From assembly GCF_048593235.1 (NCBI RefSeq), contig NC_133618.1:612144889-612208888 (forward strand): 64,000 nt of DNA. Direction: 5' to 3'. The position numbers and the translations under genes are program-made. Positions within the stretch are counted from its first letter, which is position 1. The number at the start of each line of letters is the position of its first letter. Shown one piece after another: positions 49,631 to 61,480 of the stretch. This stretch comes from Sminthopsis crassicaudata. Taxonomy: Eukaryota. Below the pieces are notes generated by a model. It ran no database searches, was not told where the DNA came from, and saw only the letters and a program-made list of their open reading frames with translations.

Positions 49631-49675
<45 letters not shown>
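49631..49675. repeat. (CAT)15 microsatellite
   Basis: Direct reading; lies between the tails of two SINEs. Confidence 0.98.
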
Positions 49676-49679
49676 AATA

Positions 49680-49900
49680 GCTAACAGGTTTACAGTACTT
49701 ATTATATGCCAAGTACAATGCAAAGCACTTGACAATTATTATCTCATCTGATCTTCACAGCAATCCAGAAAGATAGGTGCTATTATTAGCCTCATTATAC
49801 CATAAGAAAACTGAGGGGATCAGAGTTAAGTAACTTGTCACACAGCTAAGCATGTTGGATTGAACTGAGGTCTTTCTGACTCCAAGCCTGGTATTCTTAG
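49680..49900 (-). mobile_element. MIR SINE
   Basis: AAAGCACTTGACAATTATTATCTCATCTGATCTTCACAGCAATCC. Confidence 0.65.
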
Positions 49901-49904
49901 CTAC

Positions 49905-50125
49905 CCCATGTTGTTGAGTCATACAACTGTGTGATCCCATATGGTATTTTCTTGGCAAAAATACTGGGGTGGTTTGTCATTTCTTTCTGAGGCAAACAGA
50001 ATTAAGTGACTTAACCACAGTCACACAGATAGCTAGTAAGTGTCTGAGACCAAATTCGAACTCAGGAAGATGAGACTTCCTGAATCTAAGCCCATCACTC
50101 TATCTGCTGTGCTACCTAACTACCC
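49905..50125 (-). mobile_element. Mar1 SINE
   Basis: GTATTTTCTTGGCAAAAATACTGGGGTGGTTTGTCATTTC...CGAACTCAGGAAGATGAG. Confidence 0.8.
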
Positions 50126-50459
50126 ACAATTAAAAAGTGTTTCTTGATTCATTAAATCCCTATTTATGGAGATAAGGACAATGAAGCCATTCTGAAAAAC
50201 TGCTTAGAACTTATAAGAAAAATCATTACATTTTATTCCATTTGGCTCAGCCTTCTCCTACTAGGCATATATACCAGGGAAGTTAACACAAAAATGTCGC
50301 TATGATATACAATAAAACAATCATAGCAATGCTATGAAAAAAAAAAAAAAAAAAAAAAGATTAAGGCTACAAAATTTCGCATTTCCCCTAAAAATAATCC
50401 ACACCCATCTTGACTCTTTCTTACTTTGAGGAGAGAGAAAAATGCATGAATACGCTTTC

Positions 50460-51222
50460 TGTAAACTACATTTCCCAGAAATCTGGGTAGAGTTCAGTAG
50501 TTTTCAGAGCTTACAACTTGAAAGACTATAAATTACATGGATAAAGTAACAATCTATGGTGGGAGAACCAAGAGGACTCCTGGAAAGAAATGTTGCTCAG
50601 GCATTGGTCAGGATGTTGTGTTACTTTTTCTCAGTGCTAAAGAGATCTGTTTCCTAGTTCCCACCCTAACACTCCCATATGAATCACCTATCTTGTGGAA
50701 ACCATGGCAAGAAACCAGAGACATGTAAATCTGAAGATATTGGGAATCTGCTTCTAAAAGACTCAATGGACATCATGTTATGGAGCTGAAGAAGTGGCAG
50801 AAGGCCAAACTGTAAACCAGAAGGTGAGAACGATGTGCCCCCAGGATACGTGGTCATGAGATCATAGCTTTGGGAAAGAGTCAGCAAGAATTAACTTGCA
50901 TTTTACTTTAAGTAAATATCCCTGGCTTAACTAGGATATTCATTATGATATTTCGGTTTATCAGAGCTTGGTGAAGGAAATTCAGTGGAAATGGGAACTC
51001 TACAAGTTTTGAATTAAATAGAACTGTTGCTTTAGGCCCCAGATCCTCCTTGTTATTGGAAGCTCTTGGCCATAATTAGGACCCCCAGCCTTCTGTCCTG
51101 AAAATGTTCTTGCTCCTCGTAGTACCATATACATCAGATATTTTTTCCTTACGTATTACGGAGTGGCCAAAAGTGATTGTGTTAGGGATTCCAGGGGATA
51201 GCTTAAACCATTCCCTTAAACA
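50460..51222 (+). mobile_element. Old LTR-like element carrying a ZNF143/Staf motif
   Basis: Starts TGTAAACTACATTTCCCAGAA, ATTAAA near 51013, ends CTTAAACA; no TSD. Confidence 0.35.
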
Positions 51223-52085
51223 AACAGTGCATGCCTAATATAATCACTCAACCCCAGGATTATTTCTAACGACCACAGCCAATATGAAGGGATCCAACTT
51301 GGACTATGTTTAATGTGATTCTGTTCTTCAAAAACCTAGTTTCCTGCTGCTTGTTCACATGTTATTCATATAATAATGTTATTCAGCTAAAGTGAAAATC
51401 ATCTCCTAAGAGAAGACACGTCGAGTCTACCCAGTAGCAGGTACTGAATTCAATCTCTTGGAATCCTCCCATCTAAGTGGAATTAGAAGGGACTTGTATT
51501 TAGCCTATATTAGATTACTTACTGTCTAGCCCAGTGTTGGGCATCTGCTTTGTTTCTAGATCTTTGCTACTAAAAATGCTATTAAAAATAAATATTTGTA
51601 TAAATAAATATTTATATATAAATAAGTGGACAATACACTGGCAATTTCTGCTAATCCTAGAGTTTCACCATAAAGAAATGTGAAAAAAGATGTTAAGATC
51701 TGCTCAAGTCTTTAAATTCACCTTGAGTTTGGTTTGGTTTTCAAAACTGTACAGGATAGAGTGGCTCTGGCCCCTTTAAAAAGCCAGATTGTATTACCCT
51801 TCAGGTGAAGGTAAGAGTCCTGAGGGAGGAAACTGAATAACTATGACAGGCTCTCTGACATTACCTGCCTCCCCCTTAAAAGGCAGTTCAGAGGCACTAG
51901 GAAGAACTCAAAGTCAACACATGGGTTTAGGGTTAGAGAACAGGAGAGAATTGAGGAAAACTCAAGGAGAGGCTCAAAGGCAACAGGATGAAAAGATGGC
52001 TTTCAGGCATGTTCAGAGCCTTCTAAGGATAGGCAGTGCTCTAAACTGCAGAAAGTTGATTAATGATATACTGAACATTCAACTC

Positions 52086-52371
52086 GCCAGTCTTGGTGAC
52101 ACATGCCTATAATCGAAGCTACCAGGGAGGTGGAGGCCAGTGGACTGCTTGACCTCAGGCATTATGAGCTGGGTTAAAATGATTGGGTGTCCACACTTAG
52201 TCTGGCACAAATATAGTAATCTCCTGGGATCAGGGGATTATCAGGATGCCCAAGGAAGGCCAAATCAGGTCTGAAACAGAACTGGTCATAGCTCCCAGGC
52301 CAATCAATAATGGCATCCCCCAGAAGGATCACTAACTTCCCAACTGGGTAAGATAAGGAAATCCAGTTTCC
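52086..52371 (+). pseudogene. RN7SL: Full-length processed 7SL (SRP RNA) retrocopy, with an A-rich tail to about 52445
   Basis: Colinear with 7SL: 5' Alu domain GCCAGTCTTGGTGACACATGCCTATAATC, S domain GGGTGTCCACACTTAGT and CAGGTCTGAAACAGAACTGG (52266-52285), 3' Alu part; heavy CpG decay. Confidence 0.9.
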
Positions 52372-52590
52372 AAATAAATAAATGAATAGATAAATAAATG
52401 AGAGAAGAAATAAATAGAAATAGAAATGAATAAATGAATGAATAACAAAATCTTAAAAAACAATAATGACAATAAAAAACATTGTTATTACAAACAAATA
52501 GAATAGAAATGGTGAAAATGGCCAGGGGTGTTCTACAATTATAAAACTAAGTGAATATTTAGAACAGGAGCTGAATAAGGTTGGGGAAGT

Positions 52591-52982
52591 TGTTAAGTTC
52601 TTACTAAGTGCTAATGAGATAATGAGATGATAGGTTCTTACTAAGTGCTAAAACAATACTTAACAATTCTCTAATTCCAGCCTTTAGGGGAGTTTTACCC
52701 CTGTGAACTCCTGGGGAGGCGCTTACATGTTTAGGAGGAACAAGTTCATTGGTTGAAATAGTTTTTCCCAGAAGCCCCTGAGTTATTCCACACCCATTCT
52801 CTGGGAGGATAAAAGAAGACACCATTGAGCAAGGAGAGAGTTTTGTCTGGGCCAGAGTTGGGGAGGCTCTCTGGAGGAAGAAGAGTCTACAGGAAGAAGA
52901 ATCCGGCCGAGAAATTGAGTTGAGACAGCAGATCTCCTCCCAGAGAGCAATCAGAAGTTTCTGGAGACAACAGAACTTTACA
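52591..52982 (+). mobile_element. Solo LTR (392 bp)
   Basis: TG...CA, 11-bp terminal inverted repeat with 1 mismatch, perfect 6-bp TSD GGAAGT at 52585-52590 and 52983-52988; orientation inferred from ATTGG followed by GATAAAAG. Confidence 0.88.
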
Positions 52983-53023
52983 GGAAGTGACAAACTCTTT
53001 GGGTATCTTCTGTAAATCAGAGA

Positions 53024-53166
53024 TTTTTTTCCTGAGGCAATTGGGATTAAGTGACTTGCCTAGGGTCACACAGCTAGGCAGTGTTAAGTATCTGAGATCA
53101 CATTTGAACTCACATCCTCTGGACTTCAGTGCTGGTGTTCTATCCACTGTGCCACCCAGCTGCCCC
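53024..53166 (-). mobile_element. WSINE1 SINE
   Basis: CTGAGGCAATTGGGATTAAGTGACTTGCCTAGGG...CCACTGTGCCACCCAGCTGCCCC. Confidence 0.9.
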
Positions 53167-53236
53167 AAAATTAGATCATTTTAAAGCTCCTTCTAACTCA
53201 TGGTCTTTTGAACTTTCTTGAAAGTTTGGTTTTTCT

Positions 53237-54641
53237 GGAAATTAGTATGGCAGAAATTAGATATGGACCCACACTTAACACCATATACCAAGATAAGATC
53301 AAAATGGGTCCATGATTTAGGCATAAAGAATGAGATCATAAATAGATTAGAGGAAAAGAGGATAGTCTACCTCTCAGACCTGTGGAGGAGAAAGGAATTT
53401 ATGACCAGAGGAGAAGTAGTGATCATTATTGATCACAAAATAGAAAATTTTGATTACATCAAATTAAAAAGTTTCTGTACAAATAATACTAAGGCAAACA
53501 AGATTAAAAGGGAAGTAACAAATTAGGAAAATATTTTTACAGTTAAAGGTTCTGATAAAGGTCTCATTTCCAAAATATATAGAGAACTGACCCTAATTTA
53601 TAAGAAATCAAACCATTCTCCAATTGACAAATGGTCAAAGGATATGAACAGACAATCCTCAGATGATGAAATTGAAACTATTTCCACTCATATTAAAGAG
53701 TGTTCCAAATCACTACTGATCAGAGAAATGCAAATTAAGACAACTCTGAGATACCACTACACACCTGTCAGATTGGCTAAGATGACAGGAGCAAATAATG
53801 ATGAATGTTGGAGGGAATATGGGAAAACTGGGGCACTGATACATTGCTGGTGGAGTTGTGAAAGAATCCAACCATTCTGGAGAGCAATTTGGAACTATGC
53901 CCAAAAAGTTATCAAACTGTGCATCCAGTTGTGCTACTATTGGCACTATTGTGCTACTATTACCCCAAGGAAATACTAAAGAAGGGAAAGGGACCTGTGA
54001 GTGCCAAAATGTTTGTGGCAGCTCTTTTTGTAGTGGCTAGAAACTGGAAGATGAATGGATGTCCATCAATTGGAGAATGGTTGGGTAAATTGTGGTATAT
54101 GAAAGTTATGGAATATTATTGCTCTGTAAGAAATGACCAGCAGGATGAATTCAGAGAGGCTTAGAGAGACTTACATCAACTGATGCTGAGTGAAATGAGC
54201 AGAACCAGAAGATCACTATACACTTCAACAACAATACTGTATGAAGATGTATTCTGATGGTAGTGGATATCTTCTACATAAAGAAGATCCAACTCACTTC
54301 CATTTGATCAATGATGGACAGAAACAACTACACCCAGAGAAGGAACACTGGGAAGTGAATGTAAACTGTTAGCACTACTGTCTATCTACCCAGGTTACTT
54401 ATACCTTTGGAATCCAATACTTAACGTGCAACAAGAAAATTGGATTTACACACACATATTGTATCTAGGTTATATTGTAACACACGTAAAATGTATGGGA
54501 TTGCCTGTCATCTAAGAGAGGGAGTAGAGGGAGGGAGGGGGAAATTTTGAAAAATGAATACAAGGGATAATGTTGTAAAAAAAAATTACTCATGCATATA
54601 TACTGTCAAAAAATTGTATAATTATAAAATTAATAAAAAAA
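53237..54641 (+). mobile_element. Relatively young 5'-truncated L1 (1.4 kb; ORF2 C-terminus disrupted)
   Basis: ORF2 peptides in ORFs 53218-53526, 53644-53979 and 53889-54164; perfect 17-bp TSD GAAAGTTTGGTTTTTCT at 53220-53236 and 54642-54658. Confidence 0.97.
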
Positions 54642-57163
54642 GAAAGTTTGGTTTTTCTCCCATTTTTAATAATGCCTATGTGATATGAAATATTTTAATA
54701 GTACATATAGGCTTAAGTATTTTAAAGGTTATTATCGTCTCAATAAGAACTTACATTTCAATTCTATAAATAGTGTAGTAATAATGTCAAGAGCTATTAT
54801 CTGTAGCGCCTTTTAAATTTATAAAATTCTTGATATACCAGTATGTCTTTGGAGTTTCACTGCAGGAATCCTGACCCATATTTACAGATGTGAAAACAGG
54901 TTCATCCGTCAGAAGACTTGTTCAGAATGTGTCAAATGCAAAGATCGAGATCTTCCTAACTTCAAATCCAATATTCTTCCCATAATACTATAATTACATT
55001 AGGCAGCCTAGTCTGAGTTTTCTTAATTTCTCAATTCATGCCTGAAGTCCAGCCACTAATCTAATGAGGCACCTGGAGGTAGGAATGAACAAGTCTTTCT
55101 GCAGAAATTACCCAGGAACATGAGTGTTTTTTTAAGTGATGAAAGTGTGACATCTAGGATAAATACAAGCAGTATTGAACCAAGTTATTTGTATCCTTGC
55201 ATGTATAGAATTTCTTTTTTTAATGGCCAAAAACAAACCAACTTAAAACAAATTTTTCTCTGGAGGAAACAATATTTAATTAAAGAATACATACTTTTTA
55301 TCTTCTTCTAAATTTTATCTAGTTGGTTAGTTGTGTTTTTAATTGAACTCGACATTCATTCTTGCCTAAAATACTAACTCCAGTGACAGTAACTTCTGAA
55401 TATAAGACCAGGCATGAATGCCAGTCCAGAACAAAGTGGCTTCCTTACCAGGTAAAAACACACTCACTCTCAAGACTGAATAGACACTGAGACAGGACCT
55501 CAATCTATAAGGATGCTTCAGCACACCATGGAAAATAGCTTTAAGAAATGTTTGTTGAATTGATTTGTATATGTTTTCTTCATTTTTCTCGGAAATACAA
55601 AGAGAAAGAAAATTAGCAGGAGTATGGGTAATTTCTAAGTCACCAGGATTTGGATGAATATTTTTTTTAGCCAATGATCAATCAATCAATATTAAGCATC
55701 TACTATGTAGCAGGCACTGTGCTAAGTACAGATCAATGTAAACCCTTTTCCTTTCTCTCTTAGTGTAAGAAATTAGGAGAGACAATGGAAAATAAACTAT
55801 TGTCCCAGAATTGGTCTGTGTCTGACCATTAGAGAATAGTGTTTTTATCAAGTGAGATTAAAAAGGGATGGAGTTGCAACAATAGCAATAACAGGCCAAA
55901 AGCAGGCTAAAGGTCTCTGAACCAAAGTGGGATGTGGATCTGATTGGCTGTGTGGGCCTGCAGATGGGAGAACATAAAAATATGAGGTTGTGTTTATGTA
56001 CGTCAAGAGTTATGTGAATATGAAGTTGTGTGGGGTCTGTGTATCAGGAACATAAACAAATTAAATTTTAGATTGACTCATTCTCCAAAACTATGGACAA
56101 AATAACAATCTTCCCTTTCTTTAAAGTCACCTTCCCCCCAAAAAAATAATCAAAATTATCTGACTGTTGGGCAAAGAAAATATAAACTAATCTGTAAACC
56201 TTTCATCCTAAAATGGTACAATGTTGAGGATTAAAAAAAAAGATGTATGGTCTTCATGCATTTTTCTGTGCTCCAGACTCTTCTCCCCTTTATATCTGAG
56301 AGAGGAAATGGTAAGATGTTCTTATCTCTTGAGCTCCAATCTTGCTAAATAGTCGATCAGTCTGGTCAATAAGTGTGTATTAAGCACCTACTGTGTGCCA
56401 GACATGACACTAAGTGCTAAGAATACCATCCTCCCCACACTAAAAAAAAGGAGGAAAATACAGTCCCTGTCCTGAAGAAGCTTATAATCTAATTGTAAAA
56501 ACAGAAGCAAAGACTTAGAAACAGAATCATCTAATCCAATCCCTTCATTTTAGAGATAAAGGGAGTGAAGGCCAGCCTGCTAGCTCCCCAACTTGACAGT
56601 TTCAGCGCTTCACACATTTTCAAGCTTGTTTCATATTCCTCCTCTTCACACACTCTCTGCTCCTGGCAAACTGGCTCCCTCAATTCAACATTCCATCTCC
56701 TCCTTCCATATAGTTTTTCCCAAGATGCCTGGAATACCTAAGGCATCTCTCTTCACCTAAGCTTACTGAAATCAATTGAGATAATACAGATCATATCAGA
56801 CATATAGTATTTTATATATTGCATAATATATTAGACATATTATATGAAATAAAATCTTTTATAAACCTGAAAGTGCTATATAAATGTTATTGTTCTCTTC
56901 ATCATTGTCACATTCATCTTTAGCATCCTTCCTAACTCTTACCAGATGTCATCTCTTCTAGGAATTCAAGCCTTTCCTGATCACCCTGATTGTTAGTTTG
57001 TATTCAGCTATACATTTTATGCATCCCATTATTCCAATAGAATGGTGCTTTGCACAAAGTAGTCATTTAATCAATAGTTGTTGAAATGGATTGACTTTAG
57101 GCCTGGTTTAAAGACAGAGTATTCTCAACTACTGACTCCATACCCAGCCTTATACCCTTTCTG

Positions 57164-57407
57164 NNNNNNNNNNNNNNNNNNNNNNNNNNNNNNNNNNNNN
57201 NNNNNNNNNNNNNNNNNNNNNNNNNNNNNNNNNNNNNNNNNNNNNNNNNNNNNNNNNNNNNNNNNNNNNNNNNNNNNNNNNNNNNNNNNNNNNNNNNNNN
57301 NNNNNNNNNNNNNNNNNNNNNNNNNNNNNNNNNNNNNNNNNNNNNNNNNNNNNNNNNNNNNNNNNNNNNNNNNNNNNNNNNNNNNNNNNNNNNNNNNNNN
57401 NNNNNNN
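57164..57407. other. Assembly gap (244 N)
   Basis: Run of N. Confidence 1.
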
Positions 57408-57445
57408 CCTTAGGGAATGGGGATGTCTTCCAGCCTTCATTCACT

Positions 57446-57595
57446 CTTTTTCTTTTCTTTGCTAAGGCATTTGGAGATAAGTGATCTGCCCAGGGTCACA
57501 CAGCTAGGAAGTGTTAAGTGTCTGAGAGCAGATTTGAACTTTGGTCCTCCTGACTCAGGCCTGGTGCTCTATCCACTGCGCCACCTAGCTTCCCC
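57446..57595 (-). mobile_element. WSINE1 SINE
   Basis: CCCAGGGTCACACAGCTAGGAAGTGTTAAGTGTCTGAG...CCACTGCGCCACCTAGCT. Confidence 0.9.
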
Positions 57596-58749
57596 AAGCT
57601 GAATTTTTCTCCACCAAAACATGTCAGTAAAATCAAAAAATAAAAAATCACAGCGGGGTGATCACTACAGATATGTGATTTATTGTAGAAATCATCTGAA
57701 AAAGCCTTTTTCATTTTCTTCAAGAATACTCTGGAAATGTGTGGAGATAGTCATTCCATAGCTATTTTTTCTGGGAAAATAGGAATTGGCCATTTACATA
57801 AAGATTTGTACTAAAAGAGGAAAGAAAAACTATTTGAATAGTAATGATGAAGAAAATACACCAATGTTCTTCCCTTTTTGCTTTTATTAATGAATTGGGA
57901 TACATAAAAAAGCAATTAAATGGCATAAAAGACTCACAAGCTTCATTCACATCCTCTTTACTAGTCACTTTTATTTCATAAAATGAGTAATTCCATAATA
58001 AAATGGTATTATGTAAAAATAATTTTACTGTATACATTTTAAGAACTCAGAAAAATAATGCATAGCATCCCGGTAAAATATATGTCATGACGGGGGAAGA
58101 GGAAGAAATCCAGATTTTAAAAGTCGCCCATGAATTATACTTTATACCAAACTTCAGCTGAACAATCAGTATTTTGGGTAGTAGATAGGCTTACCTAGAG
58201 TAGGCTCCAAAACTGAGGTTTTTAAATTATCCACTTGCTTTTGATTTGGGTCTTTTATATTCAGAATTATATACTAAATATACCTATTTATGCAGTAAAT
58301 ATAAGTAATTATACAATAAATATACATAGAACATTCCAAGGACGTAACATGGTGCCTGACATATTATAGGTGCTTAATAAATGCTTGTTTCCTTCCTTCT
58401 TATAATGTACTTCATGAATAAAAGACAGGAGATTATTTCATCGTATGTCAATGGGGAACATTTAAAGTTAGAGTTTAGAGGAGGTATTTTATCGTGTACT
58501 CTGCATCTAACTCATAAAAATGTTATAGCCACCACAGGGAAACTAGAAAAACAAATTAGAAAACTGAGCAAGTCTGAGATTTCTATTCAACTTTTTAGAA
58601 AAAGTTTTAACTCCGTTTTCTAGCATAATGAAAATGCTGAGTTATTTGTGCCTAAAACAAATGACAAAATGAGCAAATGGGGCACTTGGGTTTGTAATTA
58701 AGTCATTTTGCCTTTAGAAAAAAAAAAAGAAAATTTAAGTAACAGCTAT

Positions 58750-58990
58750 CATTAAAATAGGCTTTTAAGTATACAAAATATTTTATATAAATTATCCTCA
58801 TTTAATTCCTCACTACAACACTATGAGGTAATTGTTATTATTATTCCCATTTTACAGGTGAGGAAACTGAGGCTACGAGAGGTAGCATGATGTGCCCAGG
58901 ATGTGTGACCTGCTAATAAGTGTCTGAAGGTGGATTTAAATTCAGGTCTTTCTGACTCAAGTCCAGCATTTTTAATCTGCTATGCCAAGC
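58750..58990 (-). mobile_element. MIR SINE
   Basis: ATTATTCCCATTTTACAGGTGAGGAAACTGAGGC...AAATTCAGGTCTTTCTGACTC. Confidence 0.75.
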
Positions 58991-59682
58991 TGCAAAATAC
59001 TTTGTAATAAGGGGAAAAAACATTCACAGGAAAGATTGAATAAAATGAAGTAATTGCTGCCCAAGATTCTTTGAATTCAATAGTCTTTCTGAAAATTTCA
59101 TTCAATTAGTATTTTCTGTGAACCCAATTCCCAAAGTCTATTAGTCAAGGACTCTCTCTTCAATGGTGATCAATGCTTTGTACCTCTGTAAAAAAGCAGA
59201 ATAGATATGGCAAGACGTAGAGAAAAGAGAAGTTTGTTCTCTTCAAGTTTCCAGAGTTTCTCTGGGCATACAGTTGCTTCAGGAGCTTTTAGCATCAAGA
59301 GAGAAGATGGACAATACCAACCCTACTTCAAATTGCTGAAGAAACCATCATGGGAGGAGCTGTCTCCATCACGTCTTCATTCCCGTCTCACTACACTAAA
59401 GACTTCAGGGAATTTCTCCTCTGATGAAATCTGGGATTTTCTCCTGATAGAGCTGAGCTATCTTGTTACAGTGGGAATGTTCCTTCATTCTGTACTATCT
59501 GGCATTTATTCTCCTATGTATACTTTCTCTGATTTCTGTTTTCCTATCAATTTGGATTTTTTTCTTGCTACTTGATATGTCTATTTCTTGAAGAAATGCT
59601 ATTTGGTAAAAAGGTGAGAAGCCTTGGGTATAAAGCTTAGGGTCCTCCTAGTAATAAGTAGCAATCAGAAGTTTCACTTGAC

Positions 59683-60040
59683 TGATTTTAGAAAGCCTGG
59701 AAAGATTTACATGAACTGATGTTGAATAAATCAAGCAGAATCAGGAATATAGTGTATACAGTAGCAGCAAGATTATGCGATGATTATGAAAGACTTGGTT
59801 CTTCTCAGTGGTTCAATGATCTAAAACAAACTCAATAAACTTTGGATAGAAAATATCATCTGTATCCAGAGAGAGAACTATGGAGACTGAATGTAAATCA
59901 ATACATGCTATGTTTACTTTTTTCCCTTTTATTTCTGTTTTCTTTTTCTTATAATTTTTCTCTTTTGTTCTGATTTTTCTTGTGATTCATGTCATAATGT
60001 ATTTTTAAAAGAATGTGCATATATAACCAGAAAAAATGAA
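59683..60040 (+). mobile_element. L1 3' end
   Basis: GAAAGCCTGGAAAGATTTACATGAACTGATG...GAGAGAACTATGGAGACTGAATG. Confidence 0.85.
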
Positions 60041-60299
60041 ATAAGATCTTTAGTTTGAGTCTGAGAACTACATCCCCTAGAGCAATAATATTTAAAGGAC
60101 TGGATAAATATAATTCTGGCCTAGTACTTTCTTCCACTATGGAAAACAGAATATTCAGTCAGCCTCTGCTCTCCACCTCCTATTTCCCCTCCTGGAAAGA
60201 AATGAAAGTCTCCCTTAGAGAAAGGCAAGGGGAATTAAGGCTAGAGATATCTATTCTGCCTCTTTTCAAGCCACATAATACCCCTATGTGACATGTGAA

Positions 60300-60800
60300 G
60301 AAGCAGTCCTTGTCACACTTAACTTTGTGCAAGATACTATACTAGTACCTAGAATACAGAAGAGGTGGAGGGCTGAATTAAATAATCCCTGACTTCAAGG
60401 AATTTACATTGTAATTATGGGCCTAGGAGGGAGATATATTTGTGAACACTATGCAGTAACTCAATATAAAATATGCATGCTGCTGCCCTTCTTTAAGATG
60501 ATTACATTTTTCTTCATCCCATGTTTTCTGAATGTGTTCAGTGAGCAGAGTTGGGTGTCCATGCTGAAATGGCAGGCTGGACTGCATGGCAGTGGGAATA
60601 GGAAGGCTCAGATTTGGCAACCAGCTTGTCTAAAACTTAGAACATGTGATAAAGAATAGTGTAAAATAAGGAAGAAAGATAGATTGGAAAAAGACTATTC
60701 AAGATCTTGAATGTTAAGTCTGGCAAGGGTGGAATCAATGAATGCTTTTGAGTGGAGATGCCATATTTAGAGTTAGGAAGATCATGATGGTTATGCTGCT
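60300..60800 (-). mobile_element. L2 fragment(s)
   Basis: CCCTGACTTCAAGGAATTTACATTGTAAT; GATCTTGAATGTTAAGTCTGGCAAG. Confidence 0.55.
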
Positions 60801-60929
60801 AAGGATAAATTAATAGGGAAGAATCTGTAGTGAAGATGATTATTAAAATAGTTAAGGCAAAAAGATTTTTAAAAATAATTTATTTTGGAAAAAAAAAGAA
60901 AGAAAGAAAGAAAAGAAGTGGTGGGGTCC

Positions 60930-61480
60930 CAGAGCATTATGAGCTCAATATGCATCAGCAGTATGATGTTACAGGCAGTGTTCAGGGCTAAAGATCTGAT
61001 TGCCCTATTGTATTTTGTCCAGAATAGATCTCAATTACAGGATGAGATGTGAGTGCCACATTTTAGGAAAGACATTAGTATAGCAGAATGAAGCCAGAGG
61101 AAAGCAATAAGAATTGTAAGGACACTGGAAATTATGCAGTAGAAGAACCAATTGAATAAATAGTCCAGGGAAAAATAATAGATGGCTAACTCCAAATATT
61201 TTAAAGTGTTTCATGTAAAAGAATTCTTGTTTTCTTGGCCCTGGGAAACACAATGATTGGGCCAAAAGGTAGAGGTTCCAAGGAGGCATATTTTAGTTCA
61301 GTATCAACTTCCTCACAGAGAAAAGCTTCCCCCCCCCCCCATAGAAAAACCTGGCTCAAAAATAAGGCTCATATTGGTGAGAGATTACCTGTTAGGAATG
61401 TAGCGAAGAGATGCCCACTCAGGAACTGGGGGAAGCTAGAAAAGCTATGAGGTACCTTCTGACTCTTGAGAGTACATGAT
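60930..61480 (+). mobile_element. CR1/L3 3' region
   Basis: GAGCTCAATATGCATCAGCAG...CCACATTTTAGGAAAGACATT...GAGGTACCTTCTGACTCTTGAG. Confidence 0.65.

Noticed and set aside
49487-49684. ORF ending in poly-histidine
   Set aside because: Mar1 SINE sequence running into a (CAT)15 microsatellite
51787-51816. Possible 6-nt microexon CAG|GTGAAG|GTAAGA
   Set aside because: Weak polypyrimidine tract, plus strand only, no other support
53218-54164. ORFs with C-terminal Cys-rich motifs as host genes (also 34898-35158, 36403-36651, 36813-37106)
   Set aside because: Fragments of L1 ORF2, broken by stops and frameshifts
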